Positions 22,482 to 32,484 of a DNA stretch of 64,000 nt are shown in pieces. Under the pieces are notes generated by a model that was given only the letters and a program-made list of their open reading frames with translations, did no database searches and was not told the origin of the DNA. The stretch lies in sequence record SRR20825019_212, one strand, 5' to 3'. The stretch's first letter is position 1, and each line of letters starts with the position of its first letter. A program made the translations under genes and the position numbers.

Positions 22482-23404
22482 TCCAGATTGGCCATCCAAT
22501 CAAAAAAGAGGTCTATCCAACCTTTCAATTTTTTATCCTTCAAAGCCAGCGAAAATCCGTGACCACCTGTTGGGTACACATGCATGGTGGTCGGAACATT
22601 ATGCTCCCTTAAAGCATCAAAAAACATGATGGAATTTTCCACCGGAACCGCATCATCATCCATAGCATGTAACAAAAAAGTTGGTGGCGTATCCTTGTTC
22701 ACATGTTTTTCGTTGGATAAATAATCCACTTCATCATTCGTTGGTTTTTCTCCTAATAATGACGTTCTGGAACCTGTATGGGTACTTGGCGCCCCCAACG
22801 TAATAACGGGGTAAATCAATGCCATAAAATCTGGACGGGCAGATAGATCATCAGCTTCATCCTGTTTTTCATATACACTTTCACTATAGTGTGTCCCCAA
22901 TGTTGAAGCCAAATGTCCGCCTGCTGAAAACCCCATAATCCCTATTTTATTGGACGCAATGTTCCATTTCTCTGACTTGGACCTGACCAATCTAATGGCG
23001 CGTTGTGCATCTTGCAGGGGCACTACATTTTTACCTTCGGTAATGGATTTTGATCTTGGCAATCGATATTTTACCACAATTCCAGCTATTCCATTGGCCG
23101 TCAAAGCCTTGGCTATATCGGTTCCCTCCCAATCATACGCAAGACCATAATATCCACCTCCCGGGAAAATAACAACTGCCTGTCCGGTCATGTTTCTTTT
23201 TGAAGGAAGGTACACTTCCAATGTCGGTTTTTGAACGTTTGTCACCCAAAGAATACCATCATCAGATTTACTTATTACCTCTTCTTCATTAGATTGATGT
23301 TGATTAGGTATGGATTTTGGCCAAAGTGGCATAATGGTATCTTGTGCCGACATTCCAACTGAAATTAGGGCCAAAAATATGGTCGATTTTTTAAGTGTTT
23401 TCAT
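22478..23404 (-). CDS. Secreted alpha/beta hydrolase (carbohydrate-esterase/BD-FAE-like)
   Basis: PGGGY oxyanion loop, GFSAGG nucleophile elbow, DDAV and GGHGF. Confidence 0.85.
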   Translation of the reverse strand: MKTLKKSTIFLALISVGMSAQDTIMPLWPKSIPNQHQSNEEEVISKSDDGILWVTNVQKPTLEVYLPSKRNMTGQAVVIFPGGGYYGLAYDWEGTDIAKALTANGIAGIVVKYRLPRSKSITEGKNVVPLQDAQRAIRLVRSKSEKWNIASNKIGIMGFSAGGHLASTLGTHYSESVYEKQDEADDLSARPDFMALIYPVITLGAPSTHTGSRTSLLGEKPTNDEVDYLSNEKHVNKDTPPTFLLHAMDDDAVPVENSIMFFDALREHNVPTTMHVYPTGGHGFSLALKDKKLKGWIDLFFDWMANLD

Positions 23405-23416
23405 AAGGCTGATAAA

Positions 23417-24142
23417 TCAATCGTTACATTCCCATTTAAAATTGGCCACCGGGTCATTGGAGGCAGCGGAAAGATTGTAATGCCACCACTCGGTTCTTAT
23501 GGACCAGAAACCATGTGCTTCCATGGTTTCTTTTAGTAATTTTCGGTTGTCCAATATCTTTTGTGGCAAATCCACATTGTCGTGATAGGCCCTTTTTCCA
23601 AAGTAATCAAAGTCAGTCCCCATATCCAGTTCATTGCCTTCCATGTCCACTAAAGTAATGTCCACGGCTCCACCTTTGTTGTGAATAGAGCCCTTATCAG
23701 GATTGGCAACATATTGGGGGTTAGGAACAATTTCCCACATTTTATATTGGACGGAATTAGGACGATAACAATCATAAAATTTGATTTTGACGCCCTTTTC
23801 CATAAAATCCTTATTGGCTTCTATCAATGCTTTTGCTGTTTTTACGCGAGTGTAACACTCGGCACAATCATACACTTGAGCTTTTAAAAAATTGTTCTCG
23901 GTGGCGTAGCGCATATCATACACAAAATCCTCGCTAAAGTCGGCAAGCCTTACGAAAGTAGTGTCGGCCAAACCCTCGAAGGATTTTAAGGCAGGTTTGG
24001 CAACCTTATCCATCGAATCTTTTGAAGCAGAATCCAAAACCATTTTGGTTTCAACATCAGCAGTATCGTTTTGATCAGTATTTTTCCTTTGATTACAACT
24101 TATTGTAAGAAGAAGTGAGAGTAAAACAACTGAATATTTCAT
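23417..24142 (-). CDS. M15D D-Ala-D-Ala dipeptidase (VanX/DdpX family) lipoprotein
   Basis: Lipobox TISC; YDCYRP, SIHNKGGAVD and EWWHY motifs. Confidence 0.88.
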   Translation of the reverse strand: MKYSVVLLSLLLTISCNQRKNTDQNDTADVETKMVLDSASKDSMDKVAKPALKSFEGLADTTFVRLADFSEDFVYDMRYATENNFLKAQVYDCAECYTRVKTAKALIEANKDFMEKGVKIKFYDCYRPNSVQYKMWEIVPNPQYVANPDKGSIHNKGGAVDITLVDMEGNELDMGTDFDYFGKRAYHDNVDLPQKILDNRKLLKETMEAHGFWSIRTEWWHYNLSAASNDPVANFKWECND

Positions 24143-24147
24143 AGGGT

Positions 24148-24870
24148 TTATTTAATTCGTTTTTTACTGGCCAACCAAGTATATAGTGAGTCTGTTGTAT
24201 ACGCCCTATCCCATGCATTATGGCCAACTCCATTATATCTCGTATAGCGAACATCGTATCCCATTTCCTGCAACTTATCGACCATATTATCAGACTCATC
24301 AACATTGATTACATCGTCTTTATCTCCATGGAAAACCCATATGGACATTTCTTTATCTATCCAATGGGCATAGGGCAAGGGAGTCATGCCACAGACCACG
24401 GCCATGGCGGCAAACTTTTCGGGGTATTGGGTCGCCAATTCCCAAGAGGCACTTCCTCCTCTGCTCAATCCGGTTAAATAGATCCTGTTCTTATCCACCC
24501 GATTAGTTTGGATAACGGAGTCCAACAATTGGACGACCGCATCGGTATTCCACCATTTTTTTTCGTGTGGATTTTGTGGGGCAAGTATTAAAAATGGAAA
24601 TTGTTTGCCCTCAACCAACATTTTGGGCGGGCCTGTATCTTTGATTTCTTCCACATCCCTACCTGACTCTCCGCCACCATGAAGAAAAAGCAATAAGCCA
24701 AATTCCTTGTTCGTGGATTCAAAATAATCCTCAGGATAGTAGAGGTAGTATTTTAAATGTTCTTTGGTAACGGTTTCCAGCTCATCTTGAACCAAATGGG
24801 ATTGTCCGGCACAGGCCTGAAGCATCAATAGACCGAAAAAAATAAAAACCCGGGATAGTTTATTTTGCAT
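24148..24870 (-). CDS. Predicted serine esterase/peptidase (alpha/beta hydrolase)
   Basis: FLHGGGE, GLSRGG, FHGDKD and GHNAW motifs; signal peptide with a possible lipobox. Confidence 0.8.
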   Translation of the reverse strand: MQNKLSRVFIFFGLLMLQACAGQSHLVQDELETVTKEHLKYYLYYPEDYFESTNKEFGLLLFLHGGGESGRDVEEIKDTGPPKMLVEGKQFPFLILAPQNPHEKKWWNTDAVVQLLDSVIQTNRVDKNRIYLTGLSRGGSASWELATQYPEKFAAMAVVCGMTPLPYAHWIDKEMSIWVFHGDKDDVINVDESDNMVDKLQEMGYDVRYTRYNGVGHNAWDRAYTTDSLYTWLASKKRIK

Positions 24871-24882
24871 TGTAGTTGCAAG

Positions 24883-25404
24883 TTACAAAAGTTTCTTCGC
24901 TATATCCTTCCAAGTATCTGCCCTCTCAAATTCGGTTACATTGGTGTTATGTGGCGAAGTAAACATAATGGACCTACCATCAAATGGTCTTAAGTTTTTG
25001 CTTCGGTCATCAATCAGCACATCACCCTTTAAAATATGTTTGTTACCGCAAAGTATCCGGTTTTGCCATGGAATAAATGGAAAATGTGCATCCAGCCAAT
25101 CTGACTTTTCCCGTAAAGATTGTGGAAACTCCATAGCTGCGGAGGCAATGTACACCTCATGTTTTTTGCTCAAATCCTCGAGTACTTCTTGACTATCGGG
25201 CATCACCTTTAAACCGCCAAAAAATCCATCGCGTCTTGTATGGCCTTTTATGGATTCTTGATGTATTTCGGGAACGGTTTGCCAAAATTCCTTACCCAAA
25301 CAGTCCTGTATTTTTACTTGGGCGTTAAACTCTTGATTGTAGATTTCCAGATGTGCGGTGTAAGCATCTGCAATAACTTCGTCCATATCGACAAAAATGA
25401 CCAT
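24883..25404 (-). CDS. 5'(3')-deoxyribonucleotidase (NT5C, HAD family)
   Basis: VDMDEVIAD, EKSDWL and LIDDR motifs; ATG 25404 preferred. Confidence 0.88.
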   Translation of the reverse strand: MVIFVDMDEVIADAYTAHLEIYNQEFNAQVKIQDCLGKEFWQTVPEIHQESIKGHTRRDGFFGGLKVMPDSQEVLEDLSKKHEVYIASAAMEFPQSLREKSDWLDAHFPFIPWQNRILCGNKHILKGDVLIDDRSKNLRPFDGRSIMFTSPHNTNVTEFERADTWKDIAKKLL

Positions 25405-25613
25405 AGAAATATATTTAAGTTGTGAAGTACGCAAAAACTGAAGGAAAAATCAAAGTTTTCAACAATTCAAAATACAAGATTTACATTTTAGTCATAAGGG
25501 TACGCTACATCGACGAAATACGTATTTAAGAATTACTTAACGTGATTAAACGTCAATAAAAAGCCGTTAAAAAAACTCTTTAAAAACCGTAAGGTCAAAC
25601 ATCTATCCCCCAA

Positions 25614-25621
25614 TACTTTTG
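25614..25621 (+). promoter_or_regulatory. -7 element (TACTTTTG) upstream of the CAP gene
   Basis: Exact TAnnTTTG match followed by CA, 18 nt before ATG 25640. Confidence 0.55.
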
Positions 25622-25639
25622 CAGCCGAATTTGAAAGAT

Positions 25640-26119
25640 ATGAAAGGGTTTAGCTGCATATTGGGTTTGATGTTTTTTTTGGTTTTGAATACCTCATGTA
25701 CATCCACTTCTGTAGAAGAGGTTGAGAGTTTTCATTATGAAGCTCAAGTATCACCTATGGAGATGCAGATTCTAGAACTCGTTAACCAACATAGGGAATC
25801 AATTGGTTTGAACACACTTGAATTTGACAAAATTGCCTACGATTTTGCCATTGAGCACACCAAAGATATGATCGATAAAAATGAAATCAACCATGATAAT
25901 TTTGATCGAAGGTCTTCTGACTTGACCATAGCAGCCAAGGCCAACTACGTATCAGAAATTGTGGGACGGAATTATATTACCGCCGAAGGTATTGTGAATG
26001 CATGGCTAGAAAGTGAAACGCACCGAAAAGCCATTGAAGGAGATTATATGTATACTGCCGTCAGTGCAAAGGCAGATTCTGAAGGTGTTTTCTACTTCAC
26101 TCAGTTGTTTTACAGATAG
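25640..26119 (+). CDS. CAP (SCP/PR-1) domain lipoprotein
   Basis: Lipobox NTSC; LVNQHR, WLESETHR and YFTQLF motifs. Confidence 0.85.
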   Translation: MKGFSCILGLMFFLVLNTSCTSTSVEEVESFHYEAQVSPMEMQILELVNQHRESIGLNTLEFDKIAYDFAIEHTKDMIDKNEINHDNFDRRSSDLTIAAKANYVSEIVGRNYITAEGIVNAWLESETHRKAIEGDYMYTAVSAKADSEGVFYFTQLFYR

Positions 26120-26348
26120 TTAAAAAATCATTGCTTTTCATCGATTAAATTTAATTTTCCTACAAAACAAAAAAATATTTTTTTTATCAGGAGGCAATCT
26201 TCGCTATCCCCTGATTTTGCTGGTATTCATACAAATATCTAAAGATCAATACTTTATTCTATTTTCCTATTTTTAATGTAGTATTTTCTTACGTAATAAA
26301 ATATTTGACATTTAATTGCGTTTTCAATAATAATGAAAACATTTTTTT

Positions 26349-29300
26349 ATGAATAAAGTATTACTTTGCTATAAAAAGTGCTTATTAGCTATTTTGATGC
26401 TATCTATAAATTGGACTGTAGGAGCACAAACCTTCGCGACAACCATCAATAGCGAAGATGAAGTTGACAATTCTGCCAATGCAATCGACGGGAACCTTTC
26501 CACCCAAGCCGTTATCAGGGCAAATTCAGGTATTGCTGTAGGAATTGGTGCCTATGATGGGCATTTGGAATTAGAATTCCCATCTACTTTACCACCGAAC
26601 ACTCAATCTTTTGTAAAAATTGATGCAGAAGAAAACCTATTACCTTCTCTATTGGGGGGTAGTTTAGGGGGACTATTGGCGGATGTTCTAGGAACGGTGC
26701 TTATAGGCAATCAAGAATTTACGGTAACCATAAGTAATAATGGTGCCATGGTACTACAGCAATCATCAAGCGATGCCAATGCATTTTCCTCTGATCAACT
26801 TAGGGTGGTCACGGATGCCAACAATGACTTTTTTCTAGCCATATCTCCAAGTGCGGATTACAATCGTATCAGAATCGATAACCAAATAGGTGCCATCCTT
26901 GGGTTGTTCAATACTCGTACTTTAGATGTATTTGGAGCTTATTCTGGTAGTGATCCCAATGCATGCGGAACTCCAAGCTACACTTCCTTTGACGGAAGCG
27001 GCATTTCCTTGGATCTACTGGGACTAGGAGGGGCTGGTGTTACAGATCCACACTTGGCCATTGATAGTGATCCAAACACTGCTTCTGAGATAGGCCTTGG
27101 TGCTTTAGGGGTGGCCGCAAGTATCGAACAGACTGTTTATTTTGATTCTCTGTCACAGTCCGGGGATAATTTCTATGTTCAACTTGCCATTGACCCATCA
27201 CTACTAAGTTTGGGATTGGCAGACAACATTCAGGTAATCGCACAAAATGGTTCTAACTCACCTACCTTTAACGGAAGCCTTTCCTCATTACTGGGTTTGG
27301 ACCTTTTAGGGCTTTTGGAAGCAGGTCAAGTCGCTACCATACCCATAGATCCCACTGGTCAGGCCAATAGAATAACGCTACGTCTATCCTCGTTGTTAAA
27401 TGTTGACATTGCACAATCCATCAATCTATATGAGGTGTTCCGTGCTCCTGCATTGCCCGATTTGGATGCCGATTCCCAAGATGTAAGTATCTGTTCGGGT
27501 GAATCTGTCGATTTGATAGCGACAACGGTCGGTGGGGCCGAGCTGAGATGGTACGATGCACAGACTGGTGGTACACTTTTGGCAACGGTAAATTCAGGAG
27601 ACCCATACACAACCCCTGTTTTAACATCCAGCACTACCTATTTTGTGGCTTCCGCAGATCCAGCGTGTCCAGAAGAGTCACCTAGAATTCCAGTAGAGGT
27701 AAATGTCGTGGATATTCCTACAGCCGCCGATATAGACATTTCTGGAGATGAATCACCCATATGTTCATCCAACGATGTGGTACTGATCCCATCAAGCGAT
27801 ATTGATGGAACATACACTTGGTTTTTTGATGCCAATGCGACCAATGAAATTACCGATGGACTTACCGTTGGTTCGGTGACCTATTCCATAGACCCCCAAG
27901 ATGGATCACTTACCATTACCGGATTGGATGAAGCTGGTAGTCCCTATACCTATTTTGTAAGAGTGACCGAATCATCTGCAGGTTGTGAAAACCCTGCTGG
28001 AGACCTGCAATCTACAACAGTGGAAATTGTGGACTCGGGAGCAAGTATCTCCATAGATGCCACACCAGAGATCACTCTGGGTATACTGGCGGATATTTTT
28101 CAACTGGACCCTACATTTAATGTCTCTGGAAGTATAAGTGGGGATGCCAGTCCTGGCGATGCCATTATCCTGAACGTAAATGGTCAAAGTTTCAATGGTG
28201 TCTTGGATGCCGATCTAGATTTCAGTGTAGACGTCAATGGCATAGACCTATCCTTGGATGCCAACAGCACCATTGATGTATTTGTGGATGCCGGCCTATG
28301 TACGTTGACCGGGGGCATCGAAATCGACATCCCTGATTTGATCATCGATGATTTGGTTCAGACATTCTGCGCATCGGATGACCCTACCCTTCTGGATTTA
28401 GTGGTCAATGTGGACGATGTCGTCTTCTTTGACAGTCTGGATACAGCCCTTGCCCTAGACCTTGGCACACCCTTGGTTGACGGCGAAGTATACTTTGCCG
28501 GAATCTTGGACGTTCCCATTGAGGTACTGGTACGTGTAGGCATTTCAGTAAACCTTATTGATCCCCCGGCTCCAACCACTAGCGAAACTGAGCAAACTTT
28601 TTGTGCAAGTGAGAATGCAACCTTGGCCGACCTTCAAGTCAACGAATCCAGTGTTCTGTTCTATTCGGATGCCGAAGGAAATAATCTTCTTGACCCTTCC
28701 ACACCACTTGTAGACCAAGACTCCTATTTCGTTTCAAATGTAAGTCCAGAAGGCTGCGAAAGTACATCGTTATTGGAAATATCCGTAGTGGTGGAAGAAG
28801 GAGAGCCCATTACCCTCAGCGGGCAGACCGAAAATACATGTCTGAATGAAGAATACACCTATACTACCGAAAGTGGTAAACAAAATTACTCCTGGACAGT
28901 TACCGGAGGAGCAGTTGTTGATGGTGGCGGCACATCCGATGACTTTGTTTCTGTTACTTGGAACAGCCTTGAGAACAATTCTGTAAGTGTAGCATATGAC
29001 GACCCTATTTCTTGTACATCCGCAGATTCATTTCAATTGGAGGTTGAAACCATAGAATGTGGGGAGGTATTGGATGAGGAGTTTTGCCTACGGGTCTACA
29101 ATGAATTTTCTCCCAACAATGACGGCTTCAACGATTTCTTTGAAATTGAATGCATTGAAGACTACTCCAATACCATTGAAGTTTTTAACAGGAATGGGAA
29201 TACTGTGTTCAAAGCGGTCGATTACCGTAACACGTGGAACGGTATAGCAAATGTGAACGGAATCCTGAACAAAGGAGACCATCTTCCTTCTGGAACATAT

Positions 29301-29366
29301 TATTATGTGATCAACATTCCAGAACTGGACCGGAACCTTGTAGGCTGGTTACAACTCGCCCGATAG
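26349..29366 (+). CDS. T9SS cargo with a type-B (gliding-motility-associated) C-terminal domain; putative adhesin
   Basis: Signal peptide, Ig-like modules (WYDAQTGG...TPVL...YFV) and the type-B CTD FSPNNDGFND...IEVFNRNG...LPSGTYYYVI...GWLQLAR. Confidence 0.9.
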   Translation: MNKVLLCYKKCLLAILMLSINWTVGAQTFATTINSEDEVDNSANAIDGNLSTQAVIRANSGIAVGIGAYDGHLELEFPSTLPPNTQSFVKIDAEENLLPSLLGGSLGGLLADVLGTVLIGNQEFTVTISNNGAMVLQQSSSDANAFSSDQLRVVTDANNDFFLAISPSADYNRIRIDNQIGAILGLFNTRTLDVFGAYSGSDPNACGTPSYTSFDGSGISLDLLGLGGAGVTDPHLAIDSDPNTASEIGLGALGVAASIEQTVYFDSLSQSGDNFYVQLAIDPSLLSLGLADNIQVIAQNGSNSPTFNGSLSSLLGLDLLGLLEAGQVATIPIDPTGQANRITLRLSSLLNVDIAQSINLYEVFRAPALPDLDADSQDVSICSGESVDLIATTVGGAELRWYDAQTGGTLLATVNSGDPYTTPVLTSSTTYFVASADPACPEESPRIPVEVNVVDIPTAADIDISGDESPICSSNDVVLIPSSDIDGTYTWFFDANATNEITDGLTVGSVTYSIDPQDGSLTITGLDEAGSPYTYFVRVTESSAGCENPAGDLQSTTVEIVDSGASISIDATPEITLGILADIFQLDPTFNVSGSISGDASPGDAIILNVNGQSFNGVLDADLDFSVDVNGIDLSLDANSTIDVFVDAGLCTLTGGIEIDIPDLIIDDLVQTFCASDDPTLLDLVVNVDDVVFFDSLDTALALDLGTPLVDGEVYFAGILDVPIEVLVRVGISVNLIDPPAPTTSETEQTFCASENATLADLQVNESSVLFYSDAEGNNLLDPSTPLVDQDSYFVSNVSPEGCESTSLLEISVVVEEGEPITLSGQTENTCLNEEYTYTTESGKQNYSWTVTGGAVVDGGGTSDDFVSVTWNSLENNSVSVAYDDPISCTSADSFQLEVETIECGEVLDEEFCLRVYNEFSPNNDGFNDFFEIECIEDYSNTIEVFNRNGNTVFKAVDYRNTWNGIANVNGILNKGDHLPSGTYYYVINIPELDRNLVGWLQLAR

Positions 29367-29396
29367 TCCAAATATTAAAAATCAATTCCATCAATT

Positions 29397-30320
29397 ATGA
29401 TAAAGAACATTCAATATAAAATGGTTGTTTCTCTGTGCATAGTCCTGGCCCACTTTGGCACAAAAGCACAACAAGCTCCACAGTACACTCAGTATATGTA
29501 CAATACCACTGTACTCAATTCCGGATATACCGGTACATCTGCCAACTTTGAGGCAAATGTACTGTACCGTTCACAATGGGTAGGTTTGGATGGGGCTCCG
29601 GAAACCCAATCCTTTACCGTTCAGGGAAGGACTGGTGAAAAAATAGGGCTCGGATTGACAGCGATCAACGATAATATCGGAGCGTCCAACAATGTTCGCG
29701 TCAACGGCCATTTTGCTTATGAACTTACCACCGGGGCAACCACAAAACTATCCCTTGGAATCAATGCAGGGGCCGATATTCTAAGCATTGACTGGTCCAA
29801 AGGGGTCTTTAATGACGATTTGGACCCTGTTTTTAGCGAAAACCTGAACAAGACAAGGCCCATCGTTGGGTTTGGGGCATTCTTTTATAGCGACCATTGG
29901 TATTTGGGAGCTTCGACAGATAATTTTCTGAATTCAGAAATATATAATGATGATGACCGGGAGGTAACCGATAGAAAAAGTCAATATTATTTTATGGGAG
30001 GATATGTATTTGACCTATCCCCATCCTTAAAGTTCAAGCCTGCACTGCTTACAAAACATATAGCAGGTGCACCCTTAACGGTAGACATCTCGGCCAACTT
30101 CTTGATTCAGGAAAAAGTGAACCTTGGTCTGGCCTACAGATACGACGATGCACTAAGTGCATTGGCGGGTTTTCATTTAGGCAGCAAGTTCTTTATCGGT
30201 TATGCCTATGATTACTCTTTGACCGGACTGGAGAACTATAATGATGGTTCCCATGAAATCATTCTAAAGTTTACTGTTTTTGATAGGAGCAAAAGAGCAT
30301 TATCACCCCGATTCTTTTAA
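29397..30320 (+). CDS. PorP/SprF-family T9SS outer-membrane protein
   Basis: QQAPQYTQYMYN, YRSQWVG, GYAYDY and GSHEI motifs; SPRFF end. Confidence 0.93.
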   Translation: MIKNIQYKMVVSLCIVLAHFGTKAQQAPQYTQYMYNTTVLNSGYTGTSANFEANVLYRSQWVGLDGAPETQSFTVQGRTGEKIGLGLTAINDNIGASNNVRVNGHFAYELTTGATTKLSLGINAGADILSIDWSKGVFNDDLDPVFSENLNKTRPIVGFGAFFYSDHWYLGASTDNFLNSEIYNDDDREVTDRKSQYYFMGGYVFDLSPSLKFKPALLTKHIAGAPLTVDISANFLIQEKVNLGLAYRYDDALSALAGFHLGSKFFIGYAYDYSLTGLENYNDGSHEIILKFTVFDRSKRALSPRFF

Positions 30321-30331
30321 AAAACCGCATC

Positions 30332-32281
30332 ATGAAAAAAATAATACTACTCATAGTCCTCGGATACTCAATTGCAGGTATCGCACAGAGCAAATTGGAA
30401 AGGGCAGACAAATACTTCGATGAGTTCATGTTCGAAAAAGCAATTGCACTTTACAATGATCTTGCTTCCGAAAGCAGAAAAACTTCCATTCACGTAATCC
30501 AGCGTTTGGCGGATGCCCATTTTAATATGAGCGAATACCAGAATGCGAAGGATTGGTACGTGAAACTCTATGCCATACAAGGACAAAATGTTGGCGAAAG
30601 CAACATTATAAAACTTGTGCAATGTTTAAAAGCCAGTATGGAACCCGAAAAAGCGGATCAGTTGCTCAAGGACTTTTATTCTTCCGATCAAGATAGGTTG
30701 AACATGATTCTGGCACAAAAGGAACAGTTGGAAAGTCTTAAGGAAGAAAATCCAAAGTTCGAAATCAAAAAACTGGCATTTAACAGCAAAAAATCCGATT
30801 TCGCCCCGGCAATGTTCAACGATATGCTCGTTTTTGCTTCGGCAAGGGATACCCTTAGGTCCAGCGGTAAAATATACCCTTGGAACAATCAACCTTATCT
30901 GGATGTGTACCTGACCAACCCGAACGTTGCTGATTATGTTCCAGAAAAGTTCTTGGACAATATGGACTCGGATTTCCACGACTCCAATGTAGCCTTTGCC
31001 CCAGGGTCACAGACCGTATATTTTACCCGAAACTACATTAAAAAGAACAAGTTGAACGCCAACAGCGATGGCCTATCCAATATGCAGATCTTAAAAGGTA
31101 GTATTTATCAGAACAAGCTTATAGAGGTTACATCACTTTCGTTCAATAGTAAAAATTATTCCTGCGGCCATCCTGCGATAAGCCCGGACGGTAAATTCTT
31201 ATACTTTACCTCCAATATGCCCGGAGGATATGGGCACAGTGATATTTATATGGTAGAACTCGGAATGGACGGGGATGCCATATCACCACCAAAAAATTTG
31301 GGAAAACAGATAAACACCAAGGGACGTGAAATGTTCCCCTTTGTTGATGGTGACACCCTCTATTTTTCTTCCGATGGGCATTATGGCCTTGGTGGATTGG
31401 ATGTTTTCGGCTCCGCCATATTATCTGAAAACAAGTTTGAATTGCCCACTAATTTAGGGGAACCCATCAATGGAAACATGGATGACTTTTCCCTGATCTA
31501 CAATGCTAAAAAAGACCTTGGTTTTTTTGCATCCAACCGATTCGGGGGTGCTGGGGATGACGATATTTACCAGATAAATAAGGCCAAACCAGTGGACTGC
31601 TTGGTATATTCCGGCTATGTCTTGAACAAAAATACAGGGAATCCCATTGCTATGTCCAAAATTGAGATTTACGATGGCGCCACAGGGTTTGCAAGTGCGC
31701 TTCAAACGGATGAGAATGGTTATTTTAACATCACCCTGCCTTGTAACAAGGAGAATAAACTTGTATTCTCCAAACCCCGTTTCACCAAGGAGGAAGTAAA
31801 CATCATTACCGGAGAAAACCCTCAAGAACCCTCCGAGGAAAATATGATCTACCTTACTCCTTTTGAAAGCCTGGTCGTAAAGGAAGGAGACGTTGAAAAA
31901 ATTAAGGTCAATCCCATTTATTTTGAATATGATAAATCCGATATCACCCCTAGAGCGGAAATAGAGCTGGAAAAAGTGCTCTACGCCATGAGGGAATTTC
32001 CTGGAATCAAAATAAAAATCGAATCCCATACCGATTCTAGAGGTAGTGACCAATATAATTTTAAACTATCGGATGATAGGGCCAAATCGACCATGAGATA
32101 TCTAATATCCAAGGGTATAGATCATGACAGAATTGTAAGTGCCGACGGTTATGGGGAATATCGATTGAAAAATAGATGCTCCAACGGTGTCAAGTGCAGT
32201 GAGCAAGAACATTTGCTCAATAGACGTTCGGATTTTATCATCGTTGAAAAAAATGAAAGTCTGGAGAACGTCCAAAGATAA
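30332..32281 (+). CDS. PorE-like OmpA-family protein (TPR + PD40 repeats + OmpA_C)
   Basis: TPR-like N-terminus, PD40 repeats (HPAISPDGKFLYFTS, LYFSSDGH), OmpA_C motifs SHTDSRG, LSDDRA and NRRSDF. Confidence 0.88.
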   Translation: MKKIILLIVLGYSIAGIAQSKLERADKYFDEFMFEKAIALYNDLASESRKTSIHVIQRLADAHFNMSEYQNAKDWYVKLYAIQGQNVGESNIIKLVQCLKASMEPEKADQLLKDFYSSDQDRLNMILAQKEQLESLKEENPKFEIKKLAFNSKKSDFAPAMFNDMLVFASARDTLRSSGKIYPWNNQPYLDVYLTNPNVADYVPEKFLDNMDSDFHDSNVAFAPGSQTVYFTRNYIKKNKLNANSDGLSNMQILKGSIYQNKLIEVTSLSFNSKNYSCGHPAISPDGKFLYFTSNMPGGYGHSDIYMVELGMDGDAISPPKNLGKQINTKGREMFPFVDGDTLYFSSDGHYGLGGLDVFGSAILSENKFELPTNLGEPINGNMDDFSLIYNAKKDLGFFASNRFGGAGDDDIYQINKAKPVDCLVYSGYVLNKNTGNPIAMSKIEIYDGATGFASALQTDENGYFNITLPCNKENKLVFSKPRFTKEEVNIITGENPQEPSEENMIYLTPFESLVVKEGDVEKIKVNPIYFEYDKSDITPRAEIELEKVLYAMREFPGIKIKIESHTDSRGSDQYNFKLSDDRAKSTMRYLISKGIDHDRIVSADGYGEYRLKNRCSNGVKCSEQEHLLNRRSDFIIVEKNESLENVQR

Positions 32282-32363
32282 TGTAAGCGGTAATCCAATT
32301 ATGGCCATGGATATGATTTTGAAATTTTAAATCCAAAGGTCAACCCCCTTAATTCCCCAAGAC

Positions 32364-32400
32364 AAAACCAAGTATCCATAGTTTGTGGATACTTGGTTTT
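32364..32400 (+). terminator. Intrinsic terminator after the T9SS triad
   Basis: Perfect 15-bp stem AAAACCAAGTATCCA/TGGATACTTGGTTTT. Confidence 0.8.
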
Positions 32401-32484
32401 ACTTTTAGCAAATATCCACTACCTTCACACATTACAATTACGCAAAGGGATACCCATATTTCTTTATGTTAAAACCAACCTTGC

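Noticed and set aside
23417-24142. VanX-like gene as a vancomycin-resistance determinant
   Set aside because: No vanH/vanA/vanRS nearby; it is a lipoprotein DdpX-type housekeeping enzyme in a Gram-negative host.
25519-26295. Isolated TACGTA hexamers at 25519 and 26290
   Set aside because: Single half-sites with no 7-2-7 partner or -7 register, far from the nitrate genes.
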